Part shown: positions 48,423 to 57,075 of the stretch, piece after piece
How positions within the stretch are numbered: position 1 is the stretch's first letter
Layout of the letters: every line of letters starts with the position of its first letter
DNA from: an uncultured bacterium
GTDB lineage: Bacteria; Zhuqueibacterota; QNDG01; JAGLOF01
Reading direction: 5' to 3'
DNA: 64,000 nucleotides
Assembly (NCBI GenBank): GCA_964621645.1
Contig: CAZUMH010000001.1
Location: forward strand, 26,977 to 90,976
The notes under the pieces: model-generated
Databases searched by the model: none
The model's input: the letters and a program-made list of their open reading frames with translations, nothing else
What the model was told of the DNA's origin: nothing
Translations under genes and position numbers: made by a program

Positions 48423-49094
48423 ATGCGAAGATGTATTTTATATGCCGCAACCATTATCGTTCTCCTTATAATATGTGCTTGTAATAATAAAGAGTTCGCC
48501 AAAGTTTATTGGCAGGGAGATTTGATTCAGAATAAGACGGATGTAAAGTATTTATACTGGCAGGATGGAAACCAGTATTTTCGACAACAGGAAGACAGTG
48601 TGATCGTAGAGTTGACAGGGTTTTCAGTAAATAGAATGGTTTTACTGCTCATTTCCTTAAGAAATAACAAAAACCAAATATTTACTTTCCTTCCTAATGA
48701 ATGTACATTATCGTACGACTTTGACGACAATCCTATCGATTTAAAACCGAGCAGACCGAAAAATCTGGATAAAAAGCAGCTTTCTCTATTCAATTCCATC
48801 ATCAGCAGCGCGGGTACTATCACCAAGCTGATTATTAATATACCGGCAGACAAGCTTATCTCACAAAAAAGACAAAGCCCATTGTCGACCATCGATTCAG
48901 AGTATAGAGAGAATGAGATTAAAATCACCAAAAAGATATTCGTTGGAAATCATACGTTGATGCCGCAGTCAAGCTATGCGGGATTTCTGGTATTTGAATA
49001 CGAAAAAGAGTATCCATTAATAGACCGTTTATTCACTATTCAAATAGTAACCGCTCACCATCAGTTTACGGCATCGGGGACACTCCGTTTATAA
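48423..49094 (+). CDS. Hypothetical lipoprotein in AT-rich islet
   Basis: Lipobox LLIICAC. The surrounding ~1.3 kb (48050-49400) is markedly AT-rich relative to the contig. No known domain. Confidence 0.5.
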   Translation: MRRCILYAATIIVLLIICACNNKEFAKVYWQGDLIQNKTDVKYLYWQDGNQYFRQQEDSVIVELTGFSVNRMVLLLISLRNNKNQIFTFLPNECTLSYDFDDNPIDLKPSRPKNLDKKQLSLFNSIISSAGTITKLIINIPADKLISQKRQSPLSTIDSEYRENEIKITKKIFVGNHTLMPQSSYAGFLVFEYEKEYPLIDRLFTIQIVTAHHQFTASGTLRL

Positions 49095-49462
49095 TTATAA
49101 AATGTAATCGCCAAAAATTTTTGAGGTTAACCGGCCCTTCTTTATTGATATTTTCTTATTTTAACCGGAGACTAATGAATAAAAATATTACATATTCCCC
49201 TTCAAATCAACAATAATATAACTCTCGGAGGGAAGATCTGAATTGGTAAATTTCTTACCTTAATGAATATTGTCCATTATTCTCAGAAACTGTAGGATAT
49301 TCTCCAGAATTCTCACCATAGCAACGCACCCGATCTACTGACTCCATCCTCCTAACTGCCTTATATTTAATCTACTATGGCAATCTCATTCATTGGAGAA
49401 ATTATTTGGCACCGCATTTGTATGTTACGCCCGGAAACAAAGATCAAAGAAGGAGTAAAGAA

Positions 49463-49849
49463 ATGTCCTATTATTATGCTAAAACAACCGGCCTGTCCCA
49501 GGATGAAGCCCTGGAGAGGGTTGGGGAAGAACTGAAGAAGGAAGGATTCGGAGTACTTACGGAGATCGACGTCAAGGCAACACTGAAGAAGAAGATGAAT
49601 GTGGACTTTCCTCCCTACGCCATCCTGGGTGCCTGCAATCCAGCCTTCGCCTACGAAGCTCTGAAAAATGAAGCGATGATAGGTGTGATGCTGCCCTGCA
49701 ACGTCATCGTGCGTGAGAATGAAGACGGGATGACTGTAGTCGCGGCTGTGGATCCGGCGGCTTCCATGCAGGCCGTGAATAATCCCGCCCTGGCCGGGAT
49801 CGCGGGGCAAGTCCGGGAAAAACTGCAGCGAGTAATCGATGCCGTCTGA
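49463..49849 (+). CDS. DUF302-domain protein
   Basis: AGGAG RBS 8 nt upstream. GFGVLTEIDVKATLKKKMNVDFPPYAILGACNP...MLPCNVIV is the DUF302 signature. The track ORF begins 19 codons upstream at a poorer start. Confidence 0.75.
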   Translation: MSYYYAKTTGLSQDEALERVGEELKKEGFGVLTEIDVKATLKKKMNVDFPPYAILGACNPAFAYEALKNEAMIGVMLPCNVIVRENEDGMTVVAAVDPAASMQAVNNPALAGIAGQVREKLQRVIDAV

Positions 49850-49870
49850 TCGGGACATTTCGGGAAAATC

Positions 49871-51232
49871 ATGAGGATTGTCATGAGTACTAAAAGAATT
49901 GTATGGCCCGGGATCATCCTGCTGATCTATTCTTGTGGGATGGGATTGGAAGGGATGCTGGCGGCCCAGGAGATCCTGCCGCCAAAGGCGGTGGAATTCC
50001 CGGCCGATTACACGACCGCGGACTGGAATCTGCCCGCGTCTCCCGCCCTGGCGGACTATGAGGAAGCCCTCCTGTATCATAATCCTGAGGTCAGGAGCGC
50101 CTATGAAACTTGGCGTGCCCAGGTGCGACAGATCGCCGTCAGCCGATCCCTGCCGGATCCGAAAATCAGTCTGGGGTATTTCATCCGGAATGTTGAGACC
50201 GCGGTGGGACCTCAGCAATACAAGATCGGTCTCTCCCAAATGATCCCCTGGTTCGGCAAACTGAGCCTGCAAGGTGATATTCAGGCCGGCCGGGCCCAGG
50301 CCTCCTATGAGCAGCTGCAGACCATGCTGAACAGCCGCATCCTAGAGCTGCGCCGGGTCTACTACGACGCCTACTATCTGGAACGCGCCGTCGCCATCAC
50401 TCGCCAGAACTTGGATCTGTTGCAGAACTGGGGAAAAGTCATACTGGCCAAATACAGCACCGGCACGGCCCGACACGCCAATCTGGTCAAAACCCAGATC
50501 GAGGTCATCAAATTGGAGGATGACCTGGAAACCCTCAAAGAGACACGCCGGCCCCTGCTGGCCTCCCTCCGGGCTCTCCTGAACCGGAATGATCTGGAAA
50601 AAATCAATCTGCCCGACAGCCTGGATTTCCGGCCCTTAGCCGTCACCAAGGATGAAGTTTTCCGGCTGGTTCTGGATGCTAATCCCGGGTTGGCCGGCCT
50701 GCGCTCCCTCAACCGGGTCGCCGAACAGTCAGTCACCCGGGCCAAACTGAACTATCTGCCGGATTTCTCCCTGGGACTGGAGCGGGTCTTCACCGGCGAC
50801 AAACTCAACGTCGCGGGAGTACCGGTACCCGGCAGCGGCAAGGATCCGCTGGTTGTGAGCGGCTCCCTCACCATCCCTCTCTGGTTCGGCAGGCAGTCTG
50901 CGGAGGTGAACCGGGCCCGCCATCTGGAGCAAAAATCCCAGGCCGACCTGGAAAGCGGCAAGAACGGACTGCGGCGGGAACTGGAGAGTCTCTGGTTCGA
51001 GCTGGAAAAATCCCGACGCCGGGTTAGCCTCTACCAGGATCAATTGATCCCCCGCAGCCTGGAATCGCTCCGGGCGGTGGAGAAATCCTATATTGGTGGA
51101 GAAATGGACTTTTTGAATTTAATAGACGCCCAGAGACGCCATCTGGAATTCACCCTGTCTCTGGAGAAATCCCTGGTGGAATACCACAAAGCCAAGGCCC
51201 GGCTCGAGGCTCTGGCGGGGAGGAACCTATGA
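49871..51232 (+). CDS. czcC: Outer-membrane efflux protein (TolC family; CzcC/CusC-type outer membrane factor)
   Basis: Signal peptide. Two tandem OEP repeats rich in L/Q/E coiled-coil (ALLYHNPEVRSAYETWRAQ..., ...LESLWFELEKSRRRVSLYQDQLIPRS...). The stop overlaps the next start (ATGA). Confidence 0.85.
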   Translation: MRIVMSTKRIVWPGIILLIYSCGMGLEGMLAAQEILPPKAVEFPADYTTADWNLPASPALADYEEALLYHNPEVRSAYETWRAQVRQIAVSRSLPDPKISLGYFIRNVETAVGPQQYKIGLSQMIPWFGKLSLQGDIQAGRAQASYEQLQTMLNSRILELRRVYYDAYYLERAVAITRQNLDLLQNWGKVILAKYSTGTARHANLVKTQIEVIKLEDDLETLKETRRPLLASLRALLNRNDLEKINLPDSLDFRPLAVTKDEVFRLVLDANPGLAGLRSLNRVAEQSVTRAKLNYLPDFSLGLERVFTGDKLNVAGVPVPGSGKDPLVVSGSLTIPLWFGRQSAEVNRARHLEQKSQADLESGKNGLRRELESLWFELEKSRRRVSLYQDQLIPRSLESLRAVEKSYIGGEMDFLNLIDAQRRHLEFTLSLEKSLVEYHKAKARLEALAGRNL

Positions 51233-53133
51233 ATCCAATTAAAAATATTCCGGCCTGGATAAGCTCGTCCCGAAAGGCTCTTGGGAAGCTGCCCCGCTTT
51301 GTCTGGCTGCTGCTGGCTCTGGCCTTTATCGCGGGGATGTTCGTACGGGGTTCCGCACCTGCCTCCCCCTCTTCTTCTGAAATACAGACAGAGGCGGATA
51401 CCACGACAGTGCGGTGGTGGACCTGCTCCATGCACCCCCAGATAAAACTTCCAAAACCCGGTCAGTGTCCCATCTGCTTCATGGATCTTATCCCCTTGGA
51501 GCAGGATGATTCCAGGGAAGCGCCCGGAGAACTGGCCATGTCCGAGGCGGCCGTGAAACTGGCGGAAATCAGCACCGTACCGGTGGTACGGGGAAAGGGG
51601 CATAAGAACCTGCGGCTCTCGGGAAAAGTCATGGTGGATGAAACCCGCCTGGGCCGCATCACTGCTTGGGCCGCGGGTCGGCTGGAAAAACTCTACGTCA
51701 ACTATACCGGAAGCTCCGTGAAAAAAGGCGATCCGCTGGTGCGGCTTTACAGCCCGGAACTCTACGTAGCTCAAGAGGAACTGCTTCAGGCCGGTCTGCT
51801 TCTGCGAGGAGCCACCACAGAGTCGCTGCGAGAATCGGCTCTGCTTAACAGGAAAGCGGCCCGGGGAAAACTGCGGGAACTGGGACTCACTCCGGCCCAG
51901 ATCGACGCCGTTGAAAAAAGCGGCAAAGCTTCCGACCGGATTACCATCACCAGCCCCCTGAGCGGGGTGATCACTCGCCTGGAAGCCCGGGAGGGCCTCT
52001 ATCTGAAACAAGGTTCACCCATCTGCTCCATCGCGGATCTGTCGGTCGTCTGGGTCGAGCTCGATGTCTATGAATCGGAACTGGCCTGGATCAAGAAAGG
52101 CCAATCCGTTACCTTTTCGGTTGAGGCACTCCCTGGCGTTCTCTTTAAGGGAAGGATTTTCTTTATCGATCCGCTGCTCCACTCCGAAACCAGAACGGTG
52201 CGGGCCCTGGTGGAGGCCGGGAACCGGGAAGGCCATCTGAAACCGGGAATGTTCGTGCGGGCCCGGGTCGAAGCGGTCATCAATGCGGATACGGAGGGCC
52301 GTCCACCCCTGCTGGTTCCCACCGCCGCGGTGCTGCAGACAGGCAAACGGGCCCTTGTCTATGTGCGGAAAGAAGGCACGGATAAGCCCGTTTTCCAGTC
52401 CCGGGAGATCGTCCTCGGACCCCGGGCGGATGACTACTATATCGTCGAGTCCGGATTGCAGCAAGGCGAAGAGGTGGTAGTGAAGGGGAATTTCAAGATA
52501 GACAGCGCCTTCCAGATAGCGGCCAAACCCAGCATGATGAGTCCCCAGGGCGGCCCCGCAGGCGGCGGCCACCATCACGAAGGGACGTTTCCAACGGGCA
52601 CGATGGATACAATCCCTCAGGAAGCGGAATCACAGGATCTGATGAGAGAGGATGGCTTTGTCGCTGAGCTCTCGGGAGTTTACCAGAGCTATTTCCAAGC
52701 CCAGCGGGCCCTGGCTGATGATGATTTCCCCGCGGCCCGTACGGCCCTGCGGGAGTTGGACGGAATCGTCACTTCCCTGGGCGATGATGGACTGCAAGGG
52801 AAACCGCTCGAACAGTGGCAGGTCCTGCGGGATTCCCTGCATCAAAGCCTTCAGCATGCTCCCCACTGGTCCGATATAGCGGACGCCAGGCTGGCCTTCG
52901 CTGCCATCAGCCGCGCCGTTCTCAGGATGGAAAGAGTCTACGGCCATCCGGGCGGAAAAACCCATTATGAAATCTTCTGCCCCATGGCCTTCAACAACAA
53001 AGGAGCCTTCTGGCTGCAGGATCAGGATACGGTGAAAAACTCCTTTTTCGGGGCCGCCATGCTCAGCTGCGGAGAGATAAAAAATACCTATACGCCGGTG
53101 GAAGGGGACCGGTCATCGGAAAAAGATAAATAG
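51229..53133 (+). CDS. czcB: Efflux RND periplasmic adaptor (CusB/CzcB family) with N-terminal heavy-metal-binding domain and C-terminal DUF3347-like domain
   Basis: WWTCSMHPQIKLPKPGQCPICFMDL is the HMBD found at the CusB N-terminus. Membrane-fusion-protein barrel-sandwich/hairpin regions (LSGKVMVDETRLGRITAWAAGRLEKLYV..., SPLSGVITRLEAREG). The C-terminus has a His run and YEIFCPMAFNNKGAFWLQ...CGE, matching DUF3347. Confidence 0.85.
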   Translation: MNPIKNIPAWISSSRKALGKLPRFVWLLLALAFIAGMFVRGSAPASPSSSEIQTEADTTTVRWWTCSMHPQIKLPKPGQCPICFMDLIPLEQDDSREAPGELAMSEAAVKLAEISTVPVVRGKGHKNLRLSGKVMVDETRLGRITAWAAGRLEKLYVNYTGSSVKKGDPLVRLYSPELYVAQEELLQAGLLLRGATTESLRESALLNRKAARGKLRELGLTPAQIDAVEKSGKASDRITITSPLSGVITRLEAREGLYLKQGSPICSIADLSVVWVELDVYESELAWIKKGQSVTFSVEALPGVLFKGRIFFIDPLLHSETRTVRALVEAGNREGHLKPGMFVRARVEAVINADTEGRPPLLVPTAAVLQTGKRALVYVRKEGTDKPVFQSREIVLGPRADDYYIVESGLQQGEEVVVKGNFKIDSAFQIAAKPSMMSPQGGPAGGGHHHEGTFPTGTMDTIPQEAESQDLMREDGFVAELSGVYQSYFQAQRALADDDFPAARTALRELDGIVTSLGDDGLQGKPLEQWQVLRDSLHQSLQHAPHWSDIADARLAFAAISRAVLRMERVYGHPGGKTHYEIFCPMAFNNKGAFWLQDQDTVKNSFFGAAMLSCGEIKNTYTPVEGDRSSEKDK

Positions 53134-53141
53134 GATTAGAA

Positions 53142-56100
53142 ATGGAAAAGGGAAATAAATCCTCCATTGTGAATACATTGATCAGGTTCTCACTGGAAAA
53201 CAAACTGATCGTCTTTCTCTTCTTTATCTCACTCATGGTCTGGGGTCTGCTGGTGGCACCTTTCGACTGGCATATCCCCGGCCTGGCCCGGGATCCGGTG
53301 CCGGTGGATGCCATTCCCGATATCGGTGAAAATCAGCAGATCGTCTTCACCAGCTGGAAGGGGCGCTCTCCCCAGGATGTCGAGGACCAGGTCACCTACC
53401 CCCTCACCGTCGCTCTGCTGGGGATTCCCGAGGTAAAGACGATCCGCTCCTACTCCATGTTCGGCTTTTCCACCATCTATGTCATCTTCAAGGAAAAGGC
53501 GGATTTTTACTGGTCCAGGAGCCGCATTCTGGAGAAACTGAACGCTCTGCCACCCGGCACCCTGCCCCCTGACACCAAACCCTCCCTGGGGCCGGATGCC
53601 ACCGCACTGGGGCAGGTCTTCTGGTATACGCTGGAGGGAAGGGATCACCAGGGGAATCCCGCCGGTGGCTGGGATCCAGAGGAGCTGCGTTCGGTACAGG
53701 ACTGGTATGTGCGTTACGCCCTTCAGTCAGCCGCGGGAGTTGCCGAAGTCGCCTCCGTGGGAGGGTACGTCAAGGAGTATCAGATCGATGTGGACCCGGC
53801 CGCCTTGCGGGAGCAAGGAATCACCCTTTCCGATGTGTTCACTGCCGTCCGCGGCTCCAATCTTGACGTGGGAGCGCGCACTGTGGAAATAAACCGGGTC
53901 GAATATGTCATCCGAGGACTGGGCTTCATCAGAAAGATGGAGGACCTGGAATACACCGCCGTGAAAACCCGGGATAACGTGCCGATTTACCTGAAAGATG
54001 TGGCCCATATTTCCCTGGGACCGGCCCCCCGGCGCGGTGCCCTGGACAAGGCTGGAGCCGAGGCCGTGGGCGGTGTGGTAGTGGTCCGCTATGGCGAAAA
54101 TCCCCTGGCCGCTATCAATAACGTCAAAAAGAAAATCCGGGAAATCAGCCCCGGATTGCCCAAAAAAACGCTGAAGGACGGTACCGTCTCCCAGGTGACC
54201 ATAGTGCCATTCTATGACAGATCCGGACTTATTTACGAGACCCTGGGGACCCTAAACCACGCCCTGCGGGACGAGATTCTCATCACCGTCATCGTCATTC
54301 TGGTGATGGTAATGCATTTGACCGCTTCGGCGCTGATTGCCGGCTTGCTGCCCATGTCGGTCCTGCTGGTCTTCATCGGCATGAAGATCTTTGGAGTGGA
54401 CGCCAATATCGTGGCCCTCTCCGGCATCGCCATCGCCATCGGAACCATCGTAGACATGGGCATTGTCGTTTCCGAAAATATCCTGAAACACCTGGAGAAA
54501 GCCCCCCCCGAAGAAAACAAGCTGGAAGTGATTTATCGCGCCGCAACAGAAGTGGGCGGCGCCGTGCTCACCGCGGTTTCCACCACGATTGTCAGCTTCC
54601 TGCCCGTCTTCGCCATGCAGGCGGCCGAAGGTAAATTGTTCAAACCGCTGGCCTACACCAAAACGCTGGCGCTCATCGCCTCTGTGATTCTGGCGTTGAC
54701 CCTGCTGCCGCCGCTGGCTCATATTCTAATGACCAGAAAGATTAAAAGCGAACGGGTCAAGACCGGATTCTATCTGGCCATTGGCATTCTGGGAGTCGTC
54801 TGTCTCATCACCGTCTCCTTCTGGCCCGGCCTGGCCGCCCTCCTCTTTTCTCTTTTCGGACTGGTTCGTTTCAGGCTTAAAAAGAACATTACCCGAAGGA
54901 TCCCCGCGGCCGCCAACTGGCTTATTATCTTTACCGTGGCCCTGATCCTCTCCACTACCTGGGCCCCTCTGGGATTCGGCCGTTCGGGATTTACAAATTT
55001 TATCTTTGTGGCCATTGTCCTGGCTGCCGTCCTGGGAGCATTGATGGGATTTATACGGATCTACCCCCGTCTGCTGGCCTGGGCCCTGGATCATAAGGTC
55101 AAAGCCCTGGCGGTTCCCCTGCTGGTGGTGCTCATTGGATATACCGTCTGGCTCGGCTTCGGCAATCTCACCGGCTTCCTGCCCGGATTTATGAAAAGGA
55201 CTCGGCCCTACCAGTATCTGGTGCATACCTTCCCCGGCCTGGGCAGCGAATTCATGCCGCCTCTTGACGAGGGCTCCTTCCTTTACATGCCCACCACCAT
55301 GCCCCACGCCGGCATGGAGGAGGCCTCCGATGTCCTGCGGAAACTGGATATGGCCATCTATGCCGTACCCGAAGTCGATATGGTTGTAGGCAAACTGGGC
55401 CGGGCCGAATCCCCCCTGGATCCGGCGCCGATCTCGATGATCGAAACCATCGTCAGTTACAAACCGGAGTATGTGGTGGATAAGAGCGGCAGGAGGATGA
55501 AATTTAACGTTGACAGAGAGGGCCGCTTTGTAAAGGACAAAAATGGCGAGCTCATCCCCGACTCCAGGGGCCGGCCTTACCGCAACTGGAGGGATCATAT
55601 CCACACCGCGGACGATATCTGGGATGAATTGGTACGGGCGGCCCGGCTGCCCGGAACCACTTCGGCGCCGCGACTCCAGCCCATATCGGCTCGGCTGGTG
55701 ATGCTGCAGAGCGGCATGCGTGCCCCCATGGGCGTCAAAATAAAGGGCCCTGATCTGGAGACCATTGAGAAGGTCGGAATGCGGCTGGAAAAACTCCTGA
55801 AACAGGTTCCGGATGTAGAATCATCCGCGGTTATTGCTGACAGGATTATAGGCAAACCCTATCTGGAAATCGCCATCGACCGCCGGGCCATCGCCCGTTA
55901 CGGCATCCCCCTCAGCCGGGTGCAGGAGATCATCGAAGTCGCCCTGGGCGGCAAGCAGCTCACCACCGCTGTCGAAGGACGGGAACGATATCCCATCCGT
56001 GTGCGCTATCTGCGGGAGCTGCGAGGCGACCCGGAATCACTGCAATCGGTTCTGGTTCCCGGTCAAAACAAGGTGCAGATTCCGCTGGGACAGCTGGCGG

Positions 56101-56912
56101 ATATCAACTACGTCCGCGGCCCCCAGATGATCAAGAGCGAGGACACCTTCCTGGTCGGGTACGTGCTCTTTGACAAGAAGGAAGGCCGGGCGGAAACGGA
56201 TGTTGTTCGGGAAGCGCAGCGCTTTCTGCAGCAGAAAATCGACACCGGCGAGCTGGTTATACCGGCCGGGGTCAGTTACACATTTGCCGGCAGTTACGAG
56301 AATCAGCAGCGGGCCGCCCAAAGGCTGCGCCTCATCCTGCCCCTGGCCCTTCTCGTCATTTTTCTGATTCTCTACCTCCAGTTCCGGCGTACCTCCACCA
56401 CCCTCATTGTTTTTTCCGGAATCTTCATGGCCTGGGCCGGAGGCTTTCTCATGCTCTGGCTCTACGGCCAGGAATGGTTCCTGCGCTTTTCCTTCGCCGG
56501 GGTTGACATGAGGGCTCTTTTTCAGATGCATCCGGTGAATCTTTCCGTGGCCGTCTGGGTCGGATTCCTCGCCCTCTTCGGCATCGCCAGCGACAATGGT
56601 GTCATCATCAGCACCTATCTGGATCAGAATTTCGCTCGTTTGCGGCCCGGGACCATTCAGGATATCCGCGAAGCCGCCGTGGAAGCCGGCAAACGCAGGA
56701 TCAGGCCGGCTATGATGACCACCGCCACCACCATTCTGGCCCTGATCCCGATTCTCACCTCCGTGGGCCGGGGAGCCGATGTCATGGTGCCCATGGCCAT
56801 TCCTTCTTTCGGCGGCATGTGCCTGGCGGTACTCACCACCTTCATCGTGCCTGTTCTCTACGCTGCTGTGGCGGAAAAACGTCTGGAGAAAGGACAGAAA
56901 AAATTGCGCTGA
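53142..56912 (+). CDS. czcA: Heavy-metal efflux RND transporter, CusA/CzcA (HME) family
   Basis: 1256 aa with 12 TM helices. RND motifs (GLLPMSVLLVFIGMKIFGVDANIVALSGIAIAIGTIVD). The large periplasmic loops carry insertions typical of FCB-group HME-RND pumps. Confidence 0.9.
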   Translation: MEKGNKSSIVNTLIRFSLENKLIVFLFFISLMVWGLLVAPFDWHIPGLARDPVPVDAIPDIGENQQIVFTSWKGRSPQDVEDQVTYPLTVALLGIPEVKTIRSYSMFGFSTIYVIFKEKADFYWSRSRILEKLNALPPGTLPPDTKPSLGPDATALGQVFWYTLEGRDHQGNPAGGWDPEELRSVQDWYVRYALQSAAGVAEVASVGGYVKEYQIDVDPAALREQGITLSDVFTAVRGSNLDVGARTVEINRVEYVIRGLGFIRKMEDLEYTAVKTRDNVPIYLKDVAHISLGPAPRRGALDKAGAEAVGGVVVVRYGENPLAAINNVKKKIREISPGLPKKTLKDGTVSQVTIVPFYDRSGLIYETLGTLNHALRDEILITVIVILVMVMHLTASALIAGLLPMSVLLVFIGMKIFGVDANIVALSGIAIAIGTIVDMGIVVSENILKHLEKAPPEENKLEVIYRAATEVGGAVLTAVSTTIVSFLPVFAMQAAEGKLFKPLAYTKTLALIASVILALTLLPPLAHILMTRKIKSERVKTGFYLAIGILGVVCLITVSFWPGLAALLFSLFGLVRFRLKKNITRRIPAAANWLIIFTVALILSTTWAPLGFGRSGFTNFIFVAIVLAAVLGALMGFIRIYPRLLAWALDHKVKALAVPLLVVLIGYTVWLGFGNLTGFLPGFMKRTRPYQYLVHTFPGLGSEFMPPLDEGSFLYMPTTMPHAGMEEASDVLRKLDMAIYAVPEVDMVVGKLGRAESPLDPAPISMIETIVSYKPEYVVDKSGRRMKFNVDREGRFVKDKNGELIPDSRGRPYRNWRDHIHTADDIWDELVRAARLPGTTSAPRLQPISARLVMLQSGMRAPMGVKIKGPDLETIEKVGMRLEKLLKQVPDVESSAVIADRIIGKPYLEIAIDRRAIARYGIPLSRVQEIIEVALGGKQLTTAVEGRERYPIRVRYLRELRGDPESLQSVLVPGQNKVQIPLGQLADINYVRGPQMIKSEDTFLVGYVLFDKKEGRAETDVVREAQRFLQQKIDTGELVIPAGVSYTFAGSYENQQRAAQRLRLILPLALLVIFLILYLQFRRTSTTLIVFSGIFMAWAGGFLMLWLYGQEWFLRFSFAGVDMRALFQMHPVNLSVAVWVGFLALFGIASDNGVIISTYLDQNFARLRPGTIQDIREAAVEAGKRRIRPAMMTTATTILALIPILTSVGRGADVMVPMAIPSFGGMCLAVLTTFIVPVLYAAVAEKRLEKGQKKLR

Positions 56913-57013
56913 TATGTGAGAAGAAAGAGGGAATGCGGGCAGACATTCAAGTCCAGATAAAATCTTACACACATGGCCCTCGACATATATCGGGGCCATT
57001 GCAGGTATATCAA

Positions 57014-57056
57014 CGAATAAAAATGGGCAGAAAGCGCTCATGGACGCCTTCTGCCC
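57014..57056 (-). terminator. Rho-independent terminator for the GEVED-repeat gene (12-bp stem with one mismatch GGGCAGAAAGCG/CGCCTTCTGCCC; T-run on minus strand)
   Basis: Hairpin 57025-57056, 20 bp downstream (minus orientation) of the stop at 57076. It is followed on the minus strand by ATTTTTATTCGTTG. Confidence 0.5.
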
Positions 57057-57075
57057 GGTGGAGTGGAATAAAAAA

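Noticed and set aside
49367-50272. 301-aa minus-strand ORF overlapping DUF302 and czcC
   Set aside because: The + strand genes have RBSs, a signal peptide and family signatures. The antisense ORF has none.
51088-52011. 307-aa minus-strand ORF over the czcC/czcB junction
   Set aside because: It is antisense to ATGA-coupled efflux genes and its translation is featureless.
54726-57041. Two long minus-strand ORFs (292 and 334 aa) inside czcA
   Set aside because: They are antisense to a 12-TM RND pump with canonical motifs. Both are Gly/His/Gln-rich nonsense translations.
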